A stretch of DNA of 64,000 nucleotides from an uncultured Planctomycetota bacterium (GTDB lineage: Bacteria; Planctomycetota; Planctomycetia; Isosphaerales; Isosphaeraceae). Location of the stretch: contig CAWJTV010000039.1 of assembly GCA_963845755.1 (NCBI GenBank), forward strand, positions 160,001 through 224,000, given 5' to 3'. The translations under genes were made by a program, and so were the position numbers. Positions 33,218-43,244 of the stretch are shown piece by piece. The notes beneath the pieces were generated by a model, which searched no databases, had not been told where the DNA came from, and saw nothing but the letters and a program-made list of their open reading frames with translations. Positions within the stretch are counted from its first letter, which is position 1, and each line of letters begins with the position of its first letter.

Positions 33218-35469
33218 TTACGCCGGCACCTCCGCAAGAACCGAAGTCATCTCGTTACCGAGTTGCTCGATCTGCTCGATGGTGTCTCTGAAGCGGCGCG
33301 ATCGATCTTCAATACCCTTCTTCCGCGTGCTGAATTCGCCCTCGACCCCCTGCGTCATGATAACCTCAAGCGCAGGTCGGTATTTACTATGCAAGACCTC
33401 CAAGAGTCGGCTCTCAATCTGCTGCATGTTGTTGATGATGATCGGGAAGATCTCGTGGGTAATCCCCTCGTGATACTGGCGAACCTTATCGATGTAGTGT
33501 TGGGTCAAGGTTGAGCGAATGGCCTTCGTCTTGCCGTCGAGATCACCTGGATTGATGGCCTGGCTGGCGTTTCGGAGGTTTTCAAATCCCATGCGGGCCG
33601 CGGCCTCCAATCCGTCCAAGATCTCATTTCCGCCGCGGCCGAAGAAGGATTTGGGTTTGTAGAGGAGCGACGCGTCGAGTTCAGCGGCCTTGGTCATCAC
33701 AACGCCGTCAATGCGGTCGGCGAAGGAGCTGCTCTCGTCGTTAATTACCTCCTCGAAGGGAGCGAGAACCTGGGAGTTGTAATTCACGTCCTCACGGATC
33801 GGTTGCAGGGCGTTATGGACCCGCTTGACCAAATCGGCGAAAACCTCATCGACCTGATTTCGGACGATGAGGCGGAAATTCCTTTTCAGCATCGTGTTGA
33901 GGTTGTCCACGATGCGCATTTCGATTTCGAAGTGGTAGGGATATTTGCGCAATTCACGCCCGGCGATGATTTCCTTGTAAATCTCGTAGGCGTCTGTTTC
34001 GGGGCCACTTTCGATCTTCGAGCGGAGCTTATCTACGAGTTCCTTAGTCTGTTGCCGCAAGAGTTCGCTGCGCTTGACCGCAACTTCATTGCGAAGCTCA
34101 CGTAGCTGCTTAACAAGTTCTATCTTCCGGTCCTCGCATCGCTCGTCAACCCGTTGGCGCGAAACTTCTCTCTCCTGACGCCTGAGGTCGCCATTCAGCA
34201 GTGTATCGTCGGCCTCTTTGGCCCGACGAAGGTGGTGGGGCAAGGGATCGCAGAAGTTGGACCGCGCATTCTCATAAGCCGAGCGCAACGTGGTCCTGCG
34301 CAACCGCTCGTTCAGGAAGCACAGAACCTGCTCTTGAAGCATCGGGACTTGGCTTTCGCAAAGCGCGGTCTGATGGCTGCCGCCGTAGCGGGTACCTAGT
34401 GCGTCCTCGTAGTCCTTTACGTGCCGCTGCAGTGCAAGGTCTCGCGGCGATTCGCCGCCAGACGCCAGATGGGCCAACAGGCCGTGGAGCGCGTTCGTGC
34501 GGAACGACTGGAAGCCATTGGGGATGGCGAATCCTCGCATCTTGCTCTCGAAGTCCGTCACCGTCTGGCGCTGCTGCTCAGCTGAGAGCGAGTCCCACCG
34601 ATTGAGTACCCAGAACGTCTTTTCCGCGATGCGGCTCTCCCCGGAGCGCACGAGTTCGACAATTTCAATTTCATCCTTATCGAAGAGGCGAGTCGCCATC
34701 AGGACGAATACGAGCGGCGTGTGCTTCCTCTTTGACGAACCGAAACGTGATGTCTCGGTGGCGTGGATTCGGGACGCTGATGCCGGGCAGGTCAACGAGG
34801 ACAACGTCTTCGGGTAGTTGCGACTTCTGGATTTTGAGAACGACTCGATCGAGGAACATCGCTTCGGTTTCGTCACGAATCTTGTCCTGAGCCTCGGAAA
34901 TACTGGTCGTGGCGACGCGGCCGCGTAGATCGACTTGCGCGCGACCGCCGTTGCTCCTGATAAGCCTGGAACTGGTCTACAAGCCGGCGGCCACGGCCTT
35001 CGGAAGCGAGCGGCCTAACCTTTTCCAACAGCGATGAGTAGGGCTCGGTGGCCAGTTCAGGCACTTGGAACAGCGACGCGATTTCGGCCCGGTAAAGATC
35101 GCCAAGTTTTTCGACCTCGGCCTCGTTCAGATAGTGGAGTTCGGCGCTCTCCGCTTCCGAGGCCGTGCGGACGAACGTCGGGACAGCGGTTGTTACCTTC
35201 GTTGACTCGGGCAGCAAGTATCGGCCAAGGAAGGCATTGACCAGTGACGACTTCCCGGCGCTGAACCCACCCACGAAGGCGATGGTGAGATCGGGGTTCC
35301 GTAGCCGGACACTCTCCCGATCCAAGAGCAGCATCTTCTGCCGCACATCCACGGGCAGACCGTTGATGAACAGCGGGTCGCGGGACGCCAGGTCGTCGCG
35401 TATCTCGCGCAGCCGGTCCATCCTCATTAGGAGTTGCTGACGGCGTTCCTGATACGTGGCTGGCTTCAT
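33218..35469 (-). CDS. Bacterial dynamin-like GTPase (gene cassette); frameshifts near 34900 and 34700
   Basis: G1 GGFSAGKS, G2 TTAVPT, G3 DLPG, G4 NRWD; long helical C-terminus. Confidence 0.85.
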
Positions 35470-35518
35470 CGCGATTGTGCTCCCGCGGTTGCGAGTCTTT
35501 CCGTCGGCGGCTCTTGGG

Positions 35519-35617
35519 TGCTAACGACTGCGTTCACTTGCCGCGGCCGGCTTCAATGACAGGGTGTCGCGCGAAACCAAGACACGGGCTGCGGTCAGGT
35601 GCAACGCTTGGTTCGAC
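35519..35617 (-). mobile_element. Integron attC site 2
   Basis: GTCGAAC-CAAGC-GTTGCACCTGAC...AAGTGAAC-GCAGTC-GTTAGCA; same family as attC 1. Confidence 0.9.
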
Positions 35618-35642
35618 CTTGCACTGCCCCCCGGACACGAGA

Positions 35643-35765
35643 TTACTTCGGAGGCGGCCCGCTGGGAGGCGGAGGCCTGTCCTTATTCCCATCCTTGCAG
35701 CCGCTGGCTGCGGTCGCCAGTACCAAGCAGCAGGCCACGACGATAAAGGCGAGAACATTCTTCAC
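35643..35765 (-). CDS. Small putative lipoprotein (40 aa)
   Basis: GTG start, MKNVLAFIVVACCLVLATAASG-C lipobox-like, Pro-rich tail; GAGG RBS; ends just before attC 2. Confidence 0.55.
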   Translation of the reverse strand: MKNVLAFIVVACCLVLATAASGCKDGNKDRPPPPSGPPPK

Positions 35766-35791
35766 AGGTTGAGCCTCTCTCAAGAAACTCG

Positions 35792-36981
35792 TCAGTTGCA
35801 TACCGGTTGAGGGCTTCCCTTGAGCCATCCGCTGACCCGCTCACGCACATTTCTGTCGAGAGACCCATACCACGCTTGTGCGGTAAACTCTCCTATATAT
35901 GATCCCGCAAAATACCCAGAGGCCCCGCCAATCGCACCACCAACGATGCCACCAGCCGGCACAGTAGCCCACGCCCAAGGTCCACCGAATGTGCCCAGCC
36001 ACGCGCCGAACGCTGCCCCCGCCCATGCACCAGCAATCCCCGCACCGCTACGGGCGAGCGCGATGACGAACTCTTGTTGAGAGACCTTTCCAAGCCGGTA
36101 GTCGCGGACATGACCGTAGACTTCGTAGGCGTCCATCGCGACGGCCACTACAACGGCGACTCGACCGGCTGCGCGGACCAAACCTCGGCGTGTGCCACGC
36201 AACGCTTGCTTTTCTTCCAGCAATACGAGTTGCGTGCAGCTGAGCCGATCAAACGCCCGCGTTGGCGAACTAGCACTCAACCAGCTTCCCATCCTCGCTT
36301 GACGGAGCTGGTCGAGCTGCGACAGGTGGCGCATCGCCCAAGTTTGGGACGCCGGCTGTGTTGCGCGGTTGGAAACTCGATTGAACAGGCGCTCAATTGA
36401 CATGGGACCGGCACGCTCGGCCATGCTGACTGGGTCTCGGATCGTGTACTTGCCAGTGCGGAGGTTGACATCGTGGACCTCTCCCAGCCGCTCCAGGGGA
36501 ATGCCTTCTGCTTTGCGGAAGCGGAAAATTTCCCCTGCCAACTTCCGTCCTTGCTCACCGCTCGCGCAAGCGCGCCGCGTAATCGGTCGGCGAGCCATTC
36601 GCGCGACATCTGGGTGCCGACGCGAGTCTGACCAAGGTGCGGCTTACTGCTGCCATAGTGGGTTTTCACTTCGATCAGACGAAGGTCGGCGACAGACCCG
36701 GCGGCGGATCGCTTTACGGCCACAAGGTCGATCCCCTGGTTTCCGGGCAGCTTCATGTCGATGACTTCGTAGCCGCGCAGCCGCAGGGAGCCGCCGGCGA
36801 GGCTTTCGCCGAAACGTCCCACTCCCTGCCGCCAAACTCCGGCGGTGCGTACGGGGTGAGCCGCGACGAGAGGATGATCCACCGGGCTGGTGACAGGGGC
36901 CACGATGCCTTGGGCTTTGACCGGCGCGCCGTGGACTATCACCAACAAGCCAGCCGCGATCCAGGCCACATATCTGGTCAT
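35792..36981 (-). CDS. Signal-peptide protein with PD-(D/E)XK nuclease-like domain and C-terminal glycine-zipper hydrophobic region; frameshift near 36580
   Basis: FGE...GNQGIDLV...LIEVK...TQMSREW; GAGIAGAWAGAAFGAWLG...GGIVGGAIGG. Confidence 0.6.
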
Positions 36982-38094
36982 GGTTGATACTCCCGGAGGA
37001 TGCGGAGCTTGGTCGCTTCCACTTTATCATCCTTCGAGCAGTCCTCGAACAACATCTTCCAGACCTCGGTGAAGCGTTGCCCGACGTACGGAGCGAGCCG
37101 GGTTTCGTCGACGACGGCAAGACTTCTCAACTTGTCGAGGGCGCTTCCTCCGCTTTTTTCAACCTTGTCCACGCGGTCAAGCCCCAGCGGTTGTAGTTCC
37201 ATTCCCGCAGCTGCGCCAGCCGGTTCAGGTGCCTGTCTGCGCCGCCATCCTCATTATCCTTGATCGCGGCTTCGACACCGCCCTCCAAGTACGGTGTCAT
37301 ATCGCGGCTGATTCGTTGCCCCTCGACGACAAGCGCGAGGATTTCCTCGTTGACCTTGTGGATTTCGTCAAGAGCGACGTTGGCCCGTTTCTTGTTGAAC
37401 TCGTGGACTTTCCAGGCCCAAGCCAGGATTCTCGGCCTGCAATCCTCCTGGTACAGTGCAATCAGCACGTCCTTCTGGACCTCCTCGTAGCGATCTTTCA
37501 CGGCCTTCCAGCGGTTCCAGAAGTTCTCCTCGTCCTTGGGCTTCATCGCTGTTGAAGCGGCGCGCCGTGCCTGGCTGCCGAGTTCTGCTTCGACCTCGTG
37601 CAATAGGCGGGCTCTTGCGAAGTTGGGCAGCTTCGCCCGACGTGCCGCGGTCAGCAGGTTTTCTGCCTCCGCGAGCGGGTCTTCCGGGTTTGTCACTTTC
37701 TTGCCGGCAAAGAGTTCGTCTCCTACTTGGGTGTGGGCTGCACGCGCTCCTTGAGCCGTGCGAGGGGAAGGAAGGGGATCAAGTTGGCAGCGCGCTGATG
37801 AATGTCCTGAGCGAGCGGCAGGGCTTCATCGTTCGCATCCTTGCCTGCTTTCCGAACGAATTCCAGGCTCGTGTCGAAGACCTTCTCATCGCCGGGGCCA
37901 ACCCGCATGGCCGCCAGTAAGGCATCGTACGCATTCTGCATGTCGGCGGCGTCAATGTGCGACTTCGCAACAGCCAACTCCGCGGAAGCATCCTTCGGGG
38001 CGTGTGGGTGTAGCAAGGCTGCGACGCCGATGCTGGTCGGCGCACAGACCACGCTGGTGAGGATCAGCGACCATAGCGGGACTGGGCGTTTCAT
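36978..38094 (-). CDS. Membrane-anchored alpha-helical hypothetical protein; frameshifted
   Basis: ORFs 37723..38094, 37127..37696 and 36978..37202 join; N-terminal TM; stop overlaps next ATG (ATGA). Confidence 0.6.
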
Positions 38095-38269
38095 GAAGCT
38101 TACTTTGTGGGCGACCTTGTGATTCTCTCACGAAAACGCATTTATGGCTCGTCGGGGAATCGTGTGGGTGATTCTTGCGGCCTTCTCCCAAATGCCCGCC
38201 GTGTAGGCGGATGGCTATGCTCGCTCGCCAGCCGGCGGAGCCATTCGCAGCCGCGGGCAGCGGTCTCCT

Positions 38270-38290
38270 AGAGAACGAACTCGTTACTGT
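38270..38290 (-). mobile_element. Putative attI-like simple site at the head of the cassette array
   Basis: AGTAAC-GAGTTC-GTTCTCT has the same AAC-6nt-GTT spacing as the attC right ends; GTTC pairs with GAAC of attC 2 R''. Confidence 0.45.
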
Positions 38291-38457
38291 TGTTCGAACC
38301 TCGCAAGCAGCAACAACGGACTTTCGTTCCCCCGGGGCGGCGCAGTTCGCGGCAAGTTTGCGACGGGGTCAAGCGTGCGAATCTCCCTGAAAAACAGGGC
38401 TTTTCGAGCCTGCCCGAGCCCTACGTTACCCACACGATTCCGCGAAGAACCGCATTT

Positions 38458-38486
38458 ATAATAATGGGCCAAAGTTTGCAGGTCAA
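38458..38486 (-). promoter_or_regulatory. Pc-like sigma70 promoter facing the cassettes
   Basis: TTGACC-17nt-TATTAT on the minus strand. Confidence 0.55.
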
Positions 38487-38770
38487 TCAGCGAACTTCCC
38501 AATGACTCAGTCGGTTAGGGCGATTTCAGCGCGCGTACTGCATAAACATTAGTTGTGCAGCCCGCAGCTCGACCGCTCAACCTTGTGACAGGAGTTTGAA
38601 CAACCTCATCAGGCTTGGCCTTGGAGCGGTCTTGCACGCTTCGGTCCGACGACACCGAAGCGCCTTCCGAGTTTGCCTCTGGCCCTCTGGCGGATGTATC
38701 GGCTTCCATGCGGCCGTACCTTTTCGCTGCTGAACGACTGCCTCCATCGATCCGTGAACGCGCATGTGAG

Positions 38771-38832
38771 GAATTCAATATTTAAAAATTCAAAAATATT
38801 TTTATATTTAATTCAAAATCTTGTTTTGAATC
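38771..38832. repeat. AT-rich low-complexity tract
   Basis: AATTCAA/AATATTT units in a GC-rich genome, downstream of the gdh stop. Confidence 0.5.
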
Positions 38833-38887
38833 TCGTATCGAGAATCCCCCATACCTGCGGTGTTCAGGGGCTCTGCGCGGGAAGACT

Positions 38888-40014
38888 CTACGTTGAGGCG
38901 ACGTCAACAAAGACCTTAAGCGCCTTGTTCTCCTCGAGGAGATGCATCATCTCGTTGTACTGATCCAGGCCGTCGAACGGGATGCGTGAGGATCCGCTCG
39001 GTGACGGCCGGATAGGTCGAGCTCGCCGTGCGACAGGGCCTGGATGCCCAGCTCGAAGTGCCGGCGGTTGCCGTTGACGCTCGAGACCAGCAGCTTGTTG
39101 CCGAGGACCCATTCGATGTTGATCTTGGCGGCGTCAAGGGTCATCTCGTGCTTGCCGCCGGTGATGCTCGTCCAGATCAGGGCCCCGTTGTGCGCGAGGA
39201 CTTCCATCGAGCGGAAACAGACCTCGGCGTTGCCGGTCGCCTCGAAGATGAGGTCGGGCTTGCCGACCTGCTTCGCCAGCTCCGGGAGGGAGGTTTGCTT
39301 GGTGCTGATGTATTTGGCACCATACGCCTCGACGATCTCGGACTTGCGATGCGGCCCGGGTTTGGTGGCCAGGGTGAAGACTTCCATCCCGCGGAGCTTG
39401 AGCATCATCGTGGCGAGCAGGCCGATCTGTCCGGCCCCCATGACGAACGCGCGCCGGGGGTTCCAGACCTGGAGCCGCTGCTGGGCCAGGAATGCCTGCT
39501 CGATCGCCTTGGCGCAGACGCTCGCCGGCTCGGCCAGGACGCCGAGATGCTTGAGGTTCTGCGGGACCTTGACGATGTACTCGGCGTCGTCCACGAACGA
39601 CTCGGTCAGGTAACCGTGGCAGAGGTTGATCCCGCGCTCGTAGTAGACTTCCTCGCTGGTGATGTCATTCCGCCCGATCAGGTCGTAGATCGACCCGCCC
39701 GGCCGCCGGACCGTGCAGGAGACATAGTCGCCGGGCTTGACCTCGGTCACCTTGTCCCCGACCTCGACGACCTGGCCGAAGCTCTCATGCCCGATGACGA
39801 GGTGCTCGCCACCGGGTGGGGCATTGCCATAGAGCGCCTCGTTGATCTCGCGGTCGGTGGCATCCACGCCGATCTGGAGCACCTTCACCAGCACGGCCCG
39901 TCCCTCGGGGATGCGGCAGACGTGCGGATGGGGCTGATCGGTCAGCTTCGGTGCCGGGATCTCGCGGAGATGGACGCTGTTCGGCTTGCCCGGCAGGACG
40001 GCAACGGCTTTCAT
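38888..40014 (-). CDS. Zn-dependent (MDR) glucose 1-dehydrogenase; frameshift near 39020
   Basis: [37 protein letters not shown]...SVNG. Confidence 0.85.
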
Positions 40015-40098
40015 GGGAATCGTCGCGGCCGGGACCCGCGCCCGTCAGCGCGGGAGGAGCCGCGTCCTCGCATGGGGAAAAAGGAGCACCCCGTGACC

Positions 40099-41250
40099 TC
40101 ACGGGGCGGAGAACTTGTAGATCGTCGTCTGGGTGTAGGTCGATCCGGGCCTCAGGACGATCGGGGCGAAACTGGGGTGGTTGATCGCGTCGGGAAAGTG
40201 CTGGGCTTCCAGGCAGAACGCCTGATGCTTCCGGTACACGGCGCCGCCTTTGCCCTTGAAGTCGTTCAGGAAGTTGCTGGTGTAGAGCTGCACGCCAGGC
40301 TCGGTGGTGAACATCTCCAGGGTCCGGCCGCTCTTCGGGTCGCGGACCCTTGCGGCGAAGGCCGGCGACTTCGTGTCCGGGCGGATCACGTAGTTGTCGT
40401 CGTATCCCACGGGGTTCGCCTTGATCTGGTCGAACCGCGCGCCGATGGCCATCGGGGTCGTGAAGTCCAGGGGCGTCCCCTTCACGGACCTCAGCTCACC
40501 GGTCGGGATGAGGGTCTCGTCCGAGGGCGTGTACTGGTCGGCCGCCATCATCAGTTCGTGATCGAGGATCGTCCCGGAATCATGACCGGCCAGGTTGAAG
40601 TAGCTGTGATTCGTGAGGTTGACCGCCGTCGGCTTGTCGGTCGTGGCCGAGTATTCGATCTTGATCGCGTCGTCGGGGGTCAGGGTGTAGGTCACGGTGG
40701 TAGACAGGTTCCCCGGAAACCCTTCTTCCCCATCCGGGCTGAGGTACGTCATTTTGACGGCCGGTCCGCCGGGCCCCGAGACCTCCTCGCCCTTCCAGAC
40801 CTTCTTATCGAACCCCTTCAAGCCCCCGTGCAAGGTATTCGGCCCATTGTTCAGAGCCAACTTGTACTCCTGGCCATCGATGGTGAACCGCCCCTTGGCG
40901 ATCCGGTTGGCGACCCGGCCGGTAATCGCGCCGAAGTGTGGGTGAGCAGCGAGGTACGCCTCAAGCGAATTGCAGCCCAGCACCACATCGGCCGTCTTCC
41001 CCTGACGATCCGGCACGTGCAGCTCCGTGATGATCCCGCCATAGGTCATCACCTTCATCGTGATCCGGCCGTTGGTCAAGACGTACAACTCGACCGGTGT
41101 CCCGTCCGGCGTTTTCCCGAATTCCATCCGCTCCACGCTCCTTCCACTCTTGGGCTCCGTGCTGACTCGCCCGTCGGCCGCCTTCGCGATCGCCCACGGC
41201 ATCCCCAGTATGGCCGTGGCCAGCCCGATCCACTTGGTGTACTTCCGCAT
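40099..41250 (-). CDS. galM: Aldose 1-epimerase (mutarotase) with signal peptide
   Basis: GRVANRI, LHGG, NLTNHSYFNL, GYDDN, CLEAQHFPD. Confidence 0.93.
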   Translation of the reverse strand: MRKYTKWIGLATAILGMPWAIAKAADGRVSTEPKSGRSVERMEFGKTPDGTPVELYVLTNGRITMKVMTYGGIITELHVPDRQGKTADVVLGCNSLEAYLAAHPHFGAITGRVANRIAKGRFTIDGQEYKLALNNGPNTLHGGLKGFDKKVWKGEEVSGPGGPAVKMTYLSPDGEEGFPGNLSTTVTYTLTPDDAIKIEYSATTDKPTAVNLTNHSYFNLAGHDSGTILDHELMMAADQYTPSDETLIPTGELRSVKGTPLDFTTPMAIGARFDQIKANPVGYDDNYVIRPDTKSPAFAARVRDPKSGRTLEMFTTEPGVQLYTSNFLNDFKGKGGAVYRKHQAFCLEAQHFPDAINHPSFAPIVLRPGSTYTQTTIYKFSAP

Positions 41251-41515
41251 CGGTAAATTCCCCCTTTGGACCATCACTGAAGATACCCCAGTCTTCGGGG
41301 ATAGCCAGTAGGCTCTGGGGAAAAGTGGTGGTTAGCCACAATGTCGTTGAATTAACCGTAAACTATGCCGAGGACACAGTGTCGATGTCTTCGCGCTTTG
41401 ACTGGGCAGGCGTCCAATCGGTTAGGCACGGAAGCGACCGTGTGCCGGGTCACGGGCTTTGACCCTGATGCTAAAGTTCTCCATAGCCTGTTCCTCACAG
41501 ATGCCTGCGGCGGCA

Positions 41516-41541
41516 GTAAATCAAACGACCGTTTGCTTTAC
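41516..41541. repeat. Palindromic site family B, copy 1 (GTAAATCAAAC-GACC-GTTTGCTTTAC)
   Basis: Related copies at 42095 and 44553. Confidence 0.7.
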
Positions 41542-41555
41542 AAATTGGCGAAATC

Positions 41556-41963
41556 TTATTGGATAGCTCGTGCTCCCCTGGCTGGCGTCCGGATCGCGGG
41601 AGGGGGAGGCGGTGCCGGTCTGCGTGGAGCCGGTGGACCGGGACCAGCCCATGTGCTGACGATTTCATGATGTATGGATAATGAATCACGTTGCGGATCA
41701 GTGCAACGACATTTCCAAGTGCCGGGCCATGGCTGACCGAGGAGGGTTCGCCAATATCGAGGCCAGAACGGCGATTGACAGAATGTGCCGATGCTCGGTG
41801 GATAGCTTTCCCCCGGCGGAGCTTTGAGGGCCCAAGAGTGGTGAAGCCACGAGTGTTGCGGATCGTGTTCGATGCGATATGCCGTGACCGCCATCCATAT
41901 CATGACGGCCGCACCGGGCACCACGAGCATCCACCGCCGAATCGTCATCCTTGGGATTCGCAA
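41556..41963 (-). CDS. Small planctomycete-type membrane protein (MRIPRMTIRRWM leader)
   Basis: Basic leader plus one TM helix. Confidence 0.6.
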   Translation of the reverse strand: MRIPRMTIRRWMLVVPGAAVMIWMAVTAYRIEHDPQHSWLHHSWALKAPPGESYPPSIGTFCQSPFWPRYWRTLLGQPWPGTWKCRCTDPQRDSLSIHHEIVSTWAGPGPPAPRRPAPPPPPAIRTPARGARAIQ

Positions 41964-42094
41964 GTTGTCAGCACTCCGTCTGATTTCTTCTGTCCGATGA
42001 TCCCGGCAACCGAGGCCGACAGACCTATGGATGCTACCGACGACTGAGGGTGGCGTCTATCTGAGGGCGATGGCAAGCAAGCCTTGATTCTTGA

Positions 42095-42120
42095 GCAAAC
42101 CAAACGTTCGTTTCCTTTGC
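42095..42120. repeat. Palindromic site family B, copy 2 (GCAAACCAAAC-GTTC-GTTTCCTTTGC)
   Basis: Same length and symmetry as 41516. Confidence 0.6.
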
Positions 42121-42435
42121 GCACATTAGTACAGTAAAATAACCCGTCCGCAAAGGGGGTAACTTTACTCGCTGCTCGCTGTCAATTGGGGTGTCGATGT
42201 TCAGTAGCGGCTATGCCTTACCGATCCGGTCAGTTGGCAGCGAATGGACGTCTCGGGCCTGGTGCGGCATTTGTCGTGGCGCGGTATCATGTGCGGATGA
42301 GGATCACCCGGACTCTGAACGCCTGACGATCGTCGGAGGGATGGCTTACAATTGTCCGATGTGTAAAGGGTGAATATCCCTTTCGTATCAACGAAATCCG
42401 AGGCGTCGTTTCGGAACTTACGTCGAATCCCTAGT

Positions 42436-42465
42436 GTAAAGCCTCATTTAGAACTCAGACTTTCC
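42436..42465. repeat. Palindromic site family A, copy 1 (GTAAAGCCTCA-TTTAGAAC-TCAGACTTTCC)
   Basis: 11-8-11 arms similar to 43097 and 44145. Confidence 0.6.
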
Positions 42466-42522
42466 AACTTCACGACCGGCCTGTCGCCTGGGCTCATTGA
42501 TTCAGACGAGCGAGGTGCTTGC

Positions 42523-43062
42523 GTGGAGAAGCGCACATGGGCCTCTGTCACGGGCGATCCGTGTAGTTGCGGGTTCCTGGAACGAGCCGCAGATGACCCG
42601 AACCTGCCCATCCGATTTGACCCATTGGTGGGCGAGTACCACTTTGAATTCCCCAGTCCGTGCGCCGGGGAGGCCTGCCCTGAAGCCAAGGCGCAGCTCA
42701 CGATCTACCACTGCCCGTTCTGCGGAGGCGCCGCCCCGCCCTCCAAGAGGGATACCCTGTTCACTAACATCTCGGACCAGGACGCGGCGCGGCTGTACCG
42801 GCTGTTCGAGGGGATGGACACGCTTGAAGAAGTGGTCCGTGCTCTGGGGCCGCCGGACGATGACATGGAGCGGGGACTGACGGTGAGGGAACCGGAGAAG
42901 GAGGGCAAGCCTCCGACATTACGGACCTATCGGACCCTGCGCTACACTCGGCTATCGGACAATGCCGATGTTGAGGCATATGCCGATCCGGCCAAGGGCA
43001 ACGTACAGGTCGCGCTGGTGGGCAAGTACATCGGGCCGCCCATCGAACAAGCGCCAGACTAA
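42523..43062 (+). CDS. Hypothetical protein with Cys motifs (CSCG, YHCPFCGG)
   Basis: GTG start after GAGGTG RBS; clean ORF. Confidence 0.7.
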   Translation: MEKRTWASVTGDPCSCGFLERAADDPNLPIRFDPLVGEYHFEFPSPCAGEACPEAKAQLTIYHCPFCGGAAPPSKRDTLFTNISDQDAARLYRLFEGMDTLEEVVRALGPPDDDMERGLTVREPEKEGKPPTLRTYRTLRYTRLSDNADVEAYADPAKGNVQVALVGKYIGPPIEQAPD

Positions 43063-43096
43063 CGGGCTCCCCAGCAACCCGTCCACCACGAGGGAC

Positions 43097-43126
43097 GGAA
43101 ACGGTGATTCATAGTTGAGACTTACC
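43097..43126. repeat. Palindromic site family A, copy 2 (GGAAACGGTGA-TTCATAGT-TGAGACTTACC)
   Basis: 21 bp identical to 44151-44171. Confidence 0.85.
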
Positions 43127-43244
43127 ACCGGGCTCCGGTCCGGCCACGAAGCGCAAGCGGTGATCCAGAAACGAGGCTTGACAGCCTCCTGGCTATACGA
43201 TTGCTTCGGGTGAAGTTCAAGGTGCGGCGGAGGCATGGAACGCA

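Noticed and set aside
41350..41427. AATTAAC...GTTAGGC as an attC
   Set aside because: Ends pair (TAACCG/CGGTTA) but L boxes are not convincing and no gene ends upstream.
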